Assembly: GCA_031364925.1 (NCBI GenBank) | Contig: JANLXC010000131.1 | Coordinates: forward strand, 423-64,422 | Source: Burkholderiales bacterium | GTDB lineage: Bacteria > Pseudomonadota > Gammaproteobacteria > Burkholderiales > Usitatibacteraceae | Direction of reading: 5' to 3' | Length of the DNA: 64,000 bases | In this document: positions 1-7,951 of the stretch, piece after piece | Layout of the letters: each line of letters begins with the position of its first letter | Position numbering within the stretch: position 1 is the first letter of the stretch | Program-made: the position numbers and the translations under genes | Notes under the pieces: generated by a model | What the model saw: the letters and a program-made list of their open reading frames with translations, nothing else | What the model was told of the DNA's origin: nothing | Databases searched by the model: none

Positions 1-37
1 CATAGGACGGCGATGCTAATCGCCGCCTCCCGCCACC

Positions 38-58
38 GTCTGTACGCTACAGCACACA
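38..58 (-). promoter_or_regulatory. copy of the conserved box (plus strand GTCTGTACGCTACAGCACACA), oriented towards the left window edge
   Basis: Shares GTCTGTACGYT-NNN-GCAC with the boxes at 1930..1948 and 2371..2389. Any target gene lies outside the window. Confidence 0.3.
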
Positions 59-77
59 CCCACCAACCAGATTTTGC

Positions 78-899
78 TCAGCCGCGCCTGCGCAGGGTGA
101 CGAAGGCGGCCATGGCGAGGAGCGACGCGAGCAGGATCATCGACCACTCGGAGAGCGTCGGAATGCCCGCGCTGCCGCCCACGAGCGGGGCGCAGGCTCC
201 AGGCACCGTGATCCTGTTCGCACCGTTCGTGGTGACCGTTCCACCGAAGGCCAAGGCTCTTCCGCTCAGGTTCGCGCCGAGCCCCATCGTCACGCCCGCC
301 GCATCGAGGATGGTTCCCACGAAGTTTGACGCGCCTCCCAGCGTAGTAGCTCCGACGGCGGTGAAAAACACGTTGCCGGCGCAAGCGCCACCGGCAAGGA
401 CGATGTTGGAGTTGGCTCCGGTAGTGATGGCCCCGCCGGTCGACCTGAATATGAAAACGCCGTTGCCGTTGAGGGTCACGATCCCGTTCGCGGTGATGTC
501 GAGGGCACCGACGCTGGTATAGCAGCCGGGGCTGAACGTCCCGGGCGGATTCGCGCCGGTGATCACTCCCTCCAGTGGCCCCGCGATGACTGTGCAGGGT
601 TGGCCTGTCAGGACGGCCGTCGCGGCGATTTGGTCCGGTCCCGCGGCAACAGGGCAAGGGCCTACCGATCCGAAGACGACAGGCGCCACCACAGGCCCGG
701 TCGTGAAGCAGACATTGCCATTGATGGTGGTGCCCGCCACCGTGTTGGTATAGGTGCTGGCGACGATCGCGAACGGGGTCTCCGAACCAAGGGAGGGTGC
801 GACCTGGGCCACTGCCGGAGCAGCCACCAGGGCCAGTGCGATGGCCGCCAAGCTCGTCACCGAGGTGCGAAGAGTCGAGGTTCCTTTGGTTCTGTTCAT
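78..899 (-). CDS. secreted DUF3494 (ice-binding-like) family protein with C-terminal IPTL-CTERM sorting tail
   Basis: 273-aa ORF with a signal peptide (LAAIALALVAAPAVAQV). The Gly/Thr/Ala/Asn-rich solenoid-type body fits the DUF3494 pattern (GVFIFRSTGGAITTGANSNIVLAGGACAGNVFF ... SGRALAFGGTVTTNGA). It ends GIPTLSEWSMILLASLLAMAAFVTLRRRG, i.e. IPTL motif + TM helix + Arg cluster. Confidence 0.8.
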   Translation of the reverse strand: MNRTKGTSTLRTSVTSLAAIALALVAAPAVAQVAPSLGSETPFAIVASTYTNTVAGTTINGNVCFTTGPVVAPVVFGSVGPCPVAAGPDQIAATAVLTGQPCTVIAGPLEGVITGANPPGTFSPGCYTSVGALDITANGIVTLNGNGVFIFRSTGGAITTGANSNIVLAGGACAGNVFFTAVGATTLGGASNFVGTILDAAGVTMGLGANLSGRALAFGGTVTTNGANRITVPGACAPLVGGSAGIPTLSEWSMILLASLLAMAAFVTLRRRG

Positions 900-1032
900 G
901 AATGCTCCCCAGGTAGTGTCATTCGCACGCGGAGCCGCTTCGTCCGGCTCTCGTGTAGTGCGGGAGATTGTCCTCGCAGTTTGTTAATCCTGCAAGGTTT
1001 TCGATTTCGGTGGGCGACAAATGCGCCATCGG

Positions 1033-1055
1033 AAACGGCCCCGCAGGGCCGTTTT
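1033..1055 (-). terminator. weak/bidirectional intrinsic terminator after the crystallin/glycine-zipper gene
   Basis: Stem AAACGGCCC / GGGCCGTTT with a 4-nt loop, 12 nt downstream of the stop at 1067. The U-run is short. Confidence 0.4.
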
Positions 1056-1066
1056 GCTCGCTCGTC

Positions 1067-1882
1067 CTAAGCGCGCGGCTCGCCCCGTTCGTTGACGCTC
1101 ACCGTGTTGCCGGGGGGCGAGGTCATCTGGACGCGATGCTCCTGGCCACGGAAGTTGTAGGTGACGTCCCAATGGTGGGGGCGTGCGTTGCTCGCGACGG
1201 TCTCGCATCGTTGGACGTCCTGCGTGCGGCGCTGGCCGTCGCGTCCGACGTTGGAGCCGATCGCGCCACCGGCGATTGCGCCACCGGCGGTCGCAAGGTC
1301 GTTGCCGCGTCCGCTGCCGACCTGGTGCCCGAGGATGCCACCGATGACCGCGCCGGCGATCGCGCCGCCGATGTTGGCATCACCGCGTTCCTGGCTGACC
1401 TGGCCGCGCTCGACCCAGCAGCGCTGCTCGGGAGTTCCGACCACGGCGCGCACCGAAGTCACGTCCGCTTCGTACATGCGCTCGTTGCCGCGGCGGCGAG
1501 CGTCATAGGTTACGAGCGGGGCGGGGGCGTAGCGGCCATCGTCCACGCGCGAATTGCCGTTGACAATGCGAACCGAGGAGATGCGATCGTTGAGGCCCAT
1601 CGAGCCTAGCGAGGCGTAGTTGCCGGGACGCAGCACCGTGCAGCGGCCCGAGAAGCGCGCGTCTTCGCACACTTCCCAGCGTTGCCCGCGCGCGACGATG
1701 ACAGACGAGGCGCGATCGTTGAATCCGAAGCGCTCGAAGTTGCCGACCGGCTTTTGCGTGGTGAAGGAGCGGCCCTGGAAGTTGTCGTTCTCGTAGAACG
1801 TGATCTGGGCCGAGGCCTGGGTGGCGATGCCGGCGCTGGCGGCGATCGCGAAGAGGGGGATAAGGCGCTTGAAAGGTTTCAT
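1067..1882 (-). CDS. secreted beta/gamma-crystallin domain protein fused to a glycine-zipper (Rick_17kDa/2TM-type) region
   Basis: From ORF 1067..1909. Start placed at ATG 1882 (MKPFKRLIPLFAIAASAGIATQASA signal peptide, GGGAG SD upstream). Greek-key signatures YENDNFQG..NDRASSV and CEDARFSG..NDRISSVR. Gly-zipper GGAIAGAVIGGILGHQVGSGRGNDLATAGGAIAGGAIGSNVG. Confidence 0.8.
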   Translation of the reverse strand: MKPFKRLIPLFAIAASAGIATQASAQITFYENDNFQGRSFTTQKPVGNFERFGFNDRASSVIVARGQRWEVCEDARFSGRCTVLRPGNYASLGSMGLNDRISSVRIVNGNSRVDDGRYAPAPLVTYDARRRGNERMYEADVTSVRAVVGTPEQRCWVERGQVSQERGDANIGGAIAGAVIGGILGHQVGSGRGNDLATAGGAIAGGAIGSNVGRDGQRRTQDVQRCETVASNARPHHWDVTYNFRGQEHRVQMTSPPGNTVSVNERGEPRA

Positions 1883-1905
1883 GGGGTGCTCCCGAGTGAA
1901 CGCGG

Positions 1906-1948
1906 ACAATACGCGGCATGGTCCGCGCAGTCTGTACGCTGGCGCACA
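1906..1948 (-). promoter_or_regulatory. putative promoter with conserved upstream box for the crystallin/glycine-zipper gene
   Basis: Minus-strand reading is GTGCGCCAGCGTACAGAC-N18-TATTGT, with the -10-like hexamer 24 nt upstream of ATG 1882. Box and spacing match 2347..2389. Confidence 0.4.
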
Positions 1949-1963
1949 TTCATTTGGGAGCTT

Positions 1964-2290
1964 CTAGCGGCGGGAAATGAGGATCCCGGCGACGAGGCCG
2001 GCCACCGCGGCTACGCCCGCGGCAACACCGATCACGCGCCACGGGTTTTCCTGGACGTACTCGTCGGTGGCGCGCGCGGCGTCAGTCGCCTGGGTGACTG
2101 CCTGCTCGCGAATCTTCGCGAGGCGATCCCCGGCGGCGGAAAGGCCCTGCTCGACGCTGGCCCTCATTGCGCCGACCGTGTCGCTGCTCGCGTTGGCGAT
2201 CGACTTGATGAGGCTCTCGGCCTCCGCGACGGCGGATTCGAATTCCTTGACCAGCCTGTCGCTGGGAATGTCCACGTGCATCTGTTTCAT
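1964..2290 (-). CDS. ElaB/YqjD/DUF883 family membrane-anchored stress protein
   Basis: 108 aa. Helical N-part and the typical C-terminus ENPWRVIGVAAGVAAVAGLVAGILISRR. Confidence 0.85.
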   Translation of the reverse strand: MKQMHVDIPSDRLVKEFESAVAEAESLIKSIANASSDTVGAMRASVEQGLSAAGDRLAKIREQAVTQATDAARATDEYVQENPWRVIGVAAGVAAVAGLVAGILISRR

Positions 2291-2346
2291 GGGTCTGGCT
2301 CCGGAGGCTGCGGGGATCTGCCGATTAAGTGATCTTCAGGCAGCCC

Positions 2347-2389
2347 AGCATATGTGGCGCCGATGGCTGCGTCTGTACGTTGGCGCACG
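2347..2389 (-). promoter_or_regulatory. putative promoter with conserved upstream box for the ElaB-like gene
   Basis: Minus-strand reading is GTGCGCCAACGTACAGAC-N18-TATGCT, about 57 nt upstream of ATG 2290. Same box and same 18-nt spacing as 1906..1948. Confidence 0.4.
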
Positions 2390-2425
2390 TGGATATGGCA
2401 TCCTCCTCCAATGAAAGGGATCGTC

Positions 2426-3385
2426 ATGACCGTCCGCCTTGCCCTCGCGGTGCTCGCTTCGCTTCTCGGTTTCAACGCCGCGGCGCAGTCGTATCCGGCG
2501 AGGCCCATCAAGCTCATCGTCGGTTTCCCCGCGGGAGGTGGCTCGGATGCAGCGGCCCGCCTTACCGCGGCGGCGCTGCAGGAGAAGCTCGGCCAGCCCA
2601 TCGTGGTCGAGAACAAGCCGGGCGCGAATACCATCATCGCCACGCAGTTCGTCGCAACCCAGCCCGCGGACGGCTACACGCTTCTCTTCGTGTCGGCGTC
2701 CTTCGCGATCAACCCGAGCCTCTACAAGCTCGACTACGATATCCACAAGGACTTCACCCCCGTGGCGCTGGTGGTGCAGGTGCCCCTCATCCTCATCAGC
2801 AACAACGACCTGCCCGCGAAATCGGTGAAGGAGATCGTGGCGCTCGCCAGGGCGAAGCCGGGCGAGCTCACCTACGCCTCCTTCGGCATCGGCAGCGCCG
2901 GGCACCTCGCCGGGGAGCTTTTCTGCAGCATGACCGCGACCGACATGCGCCATGTTCCCTATAAAGGTAGCGCGCCGGCGATCACCGACCTTCTCGGAGG
3001 GCGGGTGTCGATCATGTTCCCGGGCATCGGCTCGGCCATGCCGCTGGTGAAGGAGGGGAAGCTGCGCGGGGTCGCGGTGACGACGGCGAAGCGCACGCCC
3101 GTGGCTCCCGATATCCCAACCGTCGGCGAGACGGGCGTGCCCGGCTACGAAGTCGCGACGTGGGAATCGATCCAGGCTCCGGCGGGCACTCCGGCCGCAG
3201 TCGTCGCCAAGTTGAACAAAACGATCGGCGAAGTGCTTGCGACTAAGGAGCTGCAGGACAAGATGATCGCGCTGGGCCTGGACCCCGACGGCCGCAAGAG
3301 TCCCGCCGAGGTCGCCGCATTCATGAGAAGTGAAGCCGCAAAGTGGGGCCGCGTCGTGAAGGAACGCAACGTGAAAGTCGAATGA
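2426..3385 (+). CDS. Bug/TctC family tripartite tricarboxylate transporter substrate-binding protein
   Basis: From ORF 2354..3385. Start chosen at ATG 2426 (AAGGGA SD 6 nt upstream; MTVRLALAVLASLLGFNAAAQ signal peptide). Bug-family body (YPARPIKLIVGFPAGGGSDAAAR ... YKGSAPAITDLLGGRV). Confidence 0.9.
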   Translation: MTVRLALAVLASLLGFNAAAQSYPARPIKLIVGFPAGGGSDAAARLTAAALQEKLGQPIVVENKPGANTIIATQFVATQPADGYTLLFVSASFAINPSLYKLDYDIHKDFTPVALVVQVPLILISNNDLPAKSVKEIVALARAKPGELTYASFGIGSAGHLAGELFCSMTATDMRHVPYKGSAPAITDLLGGRVSIMFPGIGSAMPLVKEGKLRGVAVTTAKRTPVAPDIPTVGETGVPGYEVATWESIQAPAGTPAAVVAKLNKTIGEVLATKELQDKMIALGLDPDGRKSPAEVAAFMRSEAAKWGRVVKERNVKVE

Positions 3386-4629
3386 GCGGCCACGTCACGG
3401 TCATCGGCGCCGGCATCGTCGGCGTCTGTTCGGCGCTCTATCTGCAGCGCTCGGGGTTCAAGGTCTCCATCGTCGACAAGGGTCCGATCGGCGAGGGATG
3501 CTCGTTCGGCAACGCGGGCAACATCAGCCCCGGCGCGGTGGTGCCGTACCTGATCCCCGGGGTCCTCCGGGAAGTGCCGAAGTGGCTCTTCGATCGCGAT
3601 GGTCCGCTCACGATTCGTCCCGGCTACTTCTTCCAGGCGCTGCCCTGGTTCCTGAAGGCGGCGAAGGCGAGCGAGGTCGAGCAGGCGCTGAAGACGTCGC
3701 GCGCGATGCGGGAGCTTCATTGCGGCACGTTCGAGGCGTACGACGAGCTCACGCGCGGCACCCAAGCGGAGAAGCTCATCGACCGATGCGGGCAGCTCTA
3801 TGTGTCGGAGCGCGAAGGGTATGCGCAGGGATCGCAGCTCGCCCAGTTCATGCGGGAGGCGGCGGGGGTCAGGACGATCGCGCTGGACGCCGATGAGGTT
3901 CGCGAAGCGGAGCCCACGCTTGCACCGATCTACAAGAGCGGGATGCTGCTACCCGATAACGGCCGCTGCAAGAATCCTTTCCAGCTCGTCACCATCCTTG
4001 CGGGCGAGGCAGTTCGCAACGGCGCCGAGATGCTCCGTGGGGCCGTCACCGCGTTCCAGCACGAGAAGGGCCGCGTGCAGAGCATGGTGATCGATGGCGC
4101 GGTCCAGCCGATCGATCGCTTGCTGGTCGCCGCCGGCGCGGCGTCTCGCCAGCTGTGCGCGCAGCTCGGCTTCGACGTTCCGCTCGAGGCGGAGCGGGGA
4201 TACCACATCACGGTCCACGATTCCAACGTGATGCCACGCGTGACGGTCACCAATCGCGATTCTTCGTTCGCATGCGCGCCGATGAACATGGGGCTGCGGA
4301 TCGCCGGCACGGCGGAGTTTTCCGGCATCGAAGCCCCGGCGAACTGGCAGCGCGCCGAGCTCCTGAAACGGCAGGCGACGCGGATGTTTCCCGGGATCCG
4401 CCTTGAAAACGTTTCGCGCTGGAGTGGCGATCGGCCGTCGTTTCCGGACGGGCTCCCCGTATTGGGCCCGGCTCCGGGCTTCGCGAATGCTTTCCTCGCA
4501 TTCGGCAACGGCCACTTCGGCATCACGGGCGCACCGGTGATGGGAAAGCTCGCCGGCGAGCTCATCGCCGGACAGAAAGCCAGCATCGACCTGGGTCCCT
4601 TCGAGGCGATGCGGTTTTTATCGAGATGA
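3382..4629 (+). CDS. FAD-dependent oxidoreductase, D-amino-acid dehydrogenase (DadA)-like
   Basis: ATGA start/stop overlap with the Bug gene. N-terminal dinucleotide fold VTVIGAGIVGVCSALYL. DAO-family length of 415 aa. Confidence 0.85.
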   Translation: MSGHVTVIGAGIVGVCSALYLQRSGFKVSIVDKGPIGEGCSFGNAGNISPGAVVPYLIPGVLREVPKWLFDRDGPLTIRPGYFFQALPWFLKAAKASEVEQALKTSRAMRELHCGTFEAYDELTRGTQAEKLIDRCGQLYVSEREGYAQGSQLAQFMREAAGVRTIALDADEVREAEPTLAPIYKSGMLLPDNGRCKNPFQLVTILAGEAVRNGAEMLRGAVTAFQHEKGRVQSMVIDGAVQPIDRLLVAAGAASRQLCAQLGFDVPLEAERGYHITVHDSNVMPRVTVTNRDSSFACAPMNMGLRIAGTAEFSGIEAPANWQRAELLKRQATRMFPGIRLENVSRWSGDRPSFPDGLPVLGPAPGFANAFLAFGNGHFGITGAPVMGKLAGELIAGQKASIDLGPFEAMRFLSR

Positions 4630-4632
4630 TCC

Positions 4633-6810
4633 CTACAGCTTCAACTCGAGGACCACCCCGATGCGAATGAAGCTCGGGCTGACGGTGGAAAGCTGAAGCG
4701 CGCCGTTCGCGCCGACGTAGCGATCGATCCGCAGGTAATCCTGCGCAAGCGCGTTAGACGCCGTGACCCGGAGCTGCGTCGCCGGCGAGAATTTCCACAG
4801 GGCATAAAGATCGACGGCCCGTCGCGCGGATGTGTAACTGGCCTGTGTCAGCGACAATCGAACCGGTCCACCCGTCTTGAAGCTGAAGTTTCCGCCGGTG
4901 GTGAGCGGCGTATCCCTGAGGCGGAAGTCGAAGCCCACGTTCCCGCTCACCCGCGTCTGCTCGTTCAGCCGGTTGTCGGGAGGCGCAAGGAAATCCACCC
5001 GCGACCAGTTCCTCGCAAGGTTCGCGCGCAGGTCGATCGACGGCCCCGACGCAAAGAACCGCTGCGCGTTGAATTTGGTGTCGAGCTCGATGCCGCGGAT
5101 CGTCGCGCGGCCCTTGTTGGCGGGACGCAGGATGTAGGTGCCGTTCACCACGATCAACTCGCGCAGGATGATGCTGTCCACTCGGCGGTGGAACGCGGAT
5201 GCGCTGAAGACGCCGCCACCGGTGAAGTAGTGCTCGTAGGCGCCATCCAGCCCCCAGGCGAGCTCCGGGCGCAGGTCCGGGTTGCCCTGGAAGTCGGGCG
5301 TGGTCGCCGTGTTGTTGTTGCTCACGAAGCGCCGCGGCATCAGGTCGACGGTATTGGGCGCTTTGTAGGTGCGCGCCAGGCCCGCGCGCACCTGGTCCTT
5401 GTCGGTGCCGGGGAGCTTCCAGAGCGCCTGCGCGATCGGGCTCAGCACGCTCGAGCGATTGTGGACCTCCTCGATCACGTTGCCGATGCTGCGCGTGTCG
5501 AGGCCTTCCCAGCGAAGGCCGACGTATAACGAGGCGCGGGGGGTGACCTGCCACTCGTCCTGCGCGAACAGGGCGAGGCGGGCAACGCGCGCGTCGTAGG
5601 CCTCGTCGATGTTGAATTGCGGCAGCCCTGTGGGCGTCACGTCGAACTGCAGGCGGTCCTCGGCGCGGCGGCTGTGGGCGCCATCCCATCCGATCGCCAG
5701 CGCATGGCCCGTGATGAAGGGAAAAAGGTACTTGCCGCTGCTGGTGAAGCCCTTGTCGGTGGCGTGCGAGTCGATGGTGCGATGCAGGATGAAGGTGTCC
5801 GCGACGTCGTACGCGTCGAAGATCGCCTTCGAGACGCGCCGGTTGTAGCTCACGCCCAGCTTCGCCTCGATGCGCGCGTCGTTGTCGAGCCTGCGGATCC
5901 ACGTGAAGTTGGTGCGCGCGCTGGTGCTCTTCGCCTCCAGGTCGAGGTTGGTCGCGGAGCGATCGGGCGGGGCGCCGAGGAAACTCGTGGAGCGCTCGTC
6001 GAAATTGCCGCTGAATCGGTTGAGCTGCACGAACGTCTCGGTCGCGAGCGTGTGGTCCTTCGCGAAATTCCAGTTCAGGCGCGGCGAGAATCCGAGGTTC
6101 GCGCCGTTGCCGCGGTTGAACTGGTCGGTTACGTAGTTGAGGTTGGGAATGCCCGCCGAGTCGGTGCCGAGTTGCTCGGCGCGTTGCGTGCCCTGGAAGC
6201 GAAACGAGTTCACGTTGAGCGGCAGCGTGTACGAAAGCGCGCCGGCCTTGTCGGAAACCTGCCCGGTCGCGTTCACCGAGGTCTTGCCGTTCTCGTTGCC
6301 GAACCCGAGCTTCACTTCGCGCTGGCGCGTGGAGATCGCGCGGCGCAGCACGATATTGATGGTGCCCGCGATCGCCTGCGTACTGAATTCAGCGGTGGCG
6401 CTGCGGATCACCTCGATGCGCTCGATCAGCTCCGGGGAGATCGACTCCAGGGAGAAGCCGGGCGGGGTCGGCTCGCCGTTGAGGAGGATCTGCGTGTACC
6501 CGCTGCCTAACCCGCGCATGCGGATGTCGCCGCTGCGCCCGCCCGCGCCGCCGACGGTAACGCCCGGAAGGCGCTTCATCACGTCGAGCACGGTGGTGTC
6601 GCCGTAGCGCACGATCTCGTCGCGGTTGATGACGATCCTGGCAGCGGTGGATTCGCGCCGCTCTTCCACCTCGTTGGGTGCCGTGATCTCGATCTTCTCG
6701 AGCTTCTTCGGGGGTGGCGGATTGTCGGCGGGCCTTGGATCGACCTGGGCCGCTGCGAGCGATGACGACAGGGCGAGGAGCGCCAGGGCGGCGCGCGGCG
6801 GTCGATACAT
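4633..6810 (-). CDS. TonB-dependent outer-membrane receptor
   Basis: 725 aa with a signal peptide. Plug-domain motifs (IVINRDEIVRYGDTTVLDVMKRLPGVTV, IERIEVIRSATAEFSTQAIAGTINIVL) and a long beta-barrel region. Confidence 0.9.
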   Translation of the reverse strand: MYRPPRAALALLALSSSLAAAQVDPRPADNPPPPKKLEKIEITAPNEVEERRESTAARIVINRDEIVRYGDTTVLDVMKRLPGVTVGGAGGRSGDIRMRGLGSGYTQILLNGEPTPPGFSLESISPELIERIEVIRSATAEFSTQAIAGTINIVLRRAISTRQREVKLGFGNENGKTSVNATGQVSDKAGALSYTLPLNVNSFRFQGTQRAEQLGTDSAGIPNLNYVTDQFNRGNGANLGFSPRLNWNFAKDHTLATETFVQLNRFSGNFDERSTSFLGAPPDRSATNLDLEAKSTSARTNFTWIRRLDNDARIEAKLGVSYNRRVSKAIFDAYDVADTFILHRTIDSHATDKGFTSSGKYLFPFITGHALAIGWDGAHSRRAEDRLQFDVTPTGLPQFNIDEAYDARVARLALFAQDEWQVTPRASLYVGLRWEGLDTRSIGNVIEEVHNRSSVLSPIAQALWKLPGTDKDQVRAGLARTYKAPNTVDLMPRRFVSNNNTATTPDFQGNPDLRPELAWGLDGAYEHYFTGGGVFSASAFHRRVDSIILRELIVVNGTYILRPANKGRATIRGIELDTKFNAQRFFASGPSIDLRANLARNWSRVDFLAPPDNRLNEQTRVSGNVGFDFRLRDTPLTTGGNFSFKTGGPVRLSLTQASYTSARRAVDLYALWKFSPATQLRVTASNALAQDYLRIDRYVGANGALQLSTVSPSFIRIGVVLELKL

Positions 6811-6923
6811 CGCGATAGTTTAAGCGATCACCCCGCCTTGGCCGGGGGAAGGGTTGACCCGGCTGCCGCGCGCGCTCATCCTTGGCGCGGTTCCGATGCC
6901 AAAAACAACGAGGAGGAGCTCCG

Positions 6924-7526
6924 ATGAAGATCACATTTGCGGTGGCCGCGGCCGTCCTGGCGGCGGGTTTGGCTGGTTGCGCTGCGATGCATGGTGGGCC
7001 TGGGGGCGGCTGGACGCCGCTCTTCGACGGGCGGTCGCTCGACGGCTTCGAGCGGGTGGGCGACGCGAACTGGCGGATAGACGCGGGCTCCGTCGTGGCC
7101 GACAAGGGGTCGGGGTTCCTCCTCACCAAGGCGAGCTATGGGGACTTTGAAATCCGCGCCGAATTCTGGGCCGACGACGATGCCAACAGCGGCATCTTCA
7201 TCCGTTGCGACGAGCGCGTGAAGATCACCGCGACGACCTGCTACGAAGTGAATATCTACGACAAGCGCCCCGACCCGGTCTACGGCACCGGCGCCATCGT
7301 CGACATCGCCAAGGTCGTGCCGATGCCCAAGGCCGGCGGCAAGTGGAATACCTACGAAGTCGTCGCCAAGGGCGACCGCCTCGTGGTGAAGCTGAACGGC
7401 GTGCAGACCGTGGACGTGAGGGATGGCAAGCACGCGCGCGGCCCGATCGGCCTGCAGTACGCGCCCGGCGTGGTGAAGGATTCCGGGACCATCAAGTTCC
7501 GGAAGGTCGAGATCAGGGCGCTGTAG
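6924..7526 (+). CDS. DUF1080 (3-keto-disaccharide hydrolase-like) domain lipoprotein
   Basis: AGGAGGAG SD before ATG 6924. Lipobox-like LAGC. DUF1080 pattern WTPLFDGRSLDGFERVGDANWRIDAGSVV ... FEIRAEFW ... NSGIFIR ... IGLQY. Confidence 0.85.
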   Translation: MKITFAVAAAVLAAGLAGCAAMHGGPGGGWTPLFDGRSLDGFERVGDANWRIDAGSVVADKGSGFLLTKASYGDFEIRAEFWADDDANSGIFIRCDERVKITATTCYEVNIYDKRPDPVYGTGAIVDIAKVVPMPKAGGKWNTYEVVAKGDRLVVKLNGVQTVDVRDGKHARGPIGLQYAPGVVKDSGTIKFRKVEIRAL

Positions 7527-7528
7527 GC

Positions 7529-7927
7529 ATGAAAGCCAGGACGCCGAGGGGGCTGCTTGCCGTCGCGTTGCTTGCGTGCACGACGTGCGCGCAGGCGGCG
7601 GGACTTGGAAAGCTCACGGTCAACTCCGCGCTCGGACAGGTCCTCGACGCGGAGATCGAGCTCGTTTCGCTCAGTGCCGGCGAAGCGGATTCGCTCTCCG
7701 CGCGGGTCGCCGACCGCGAAGCATTCCGCGCCGCCCGCATCGAGTACTCGCCCGCATTGCGCCTGCTGAGCTTCTCCGTCGAGAAGCGCGCCAACGGCCA
7801 GGCGTACCTCAAGGTGACCAGCACCGCACCGGTGAACGAGCCCTCCGTCGACGCGCTGGTCGAGCTCACCTGGCTCACGGGGCGCGTGCAGCGCCAATAC
7901 CCGATCCTTCTCGATCCGCGAAAGTAG
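7529..7927 (+). CDS. stand-alone FimV N-terminal-domain-like secreted protein (132 aa)
   Basis: Signal peptide MKARTPRGLLAVALLACTTCAQA. LGKLTVNSALGQVLDAEIELVSLS...EAFRAARIEYSPALRLLSFSVEKR...VNEPSVDALVELTWLTGRVQRQYPILLDP resembles the conserved N-terminus of FimV/HubP proteins. No LysM or C-terminal part follows. Confidence 0.6.
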   Translation: MKARTPRGLLAVALLACTTCAQAAGLGKLTVNSALGQVLDAEIELVSLSAGEADSLSARVADREAFRAARIEYSPALRLLSFSVEKRANGQAYLKVTSTAPVNEPSVDALVELTWLTGRVQRQYPILLDPRK

Positions 7928-7951
7928 GCGAGGGCGCGTAAAATCGCGCCC

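Noticed and set aside
1940-1958. TGGCGCAC..TTTGG as a possible sigma54 -24/-12 promoter
   Set aside because: The GG-to-GC spacing does not fit TGGCAC-N5-TTGC, and the orientation points at no gene.
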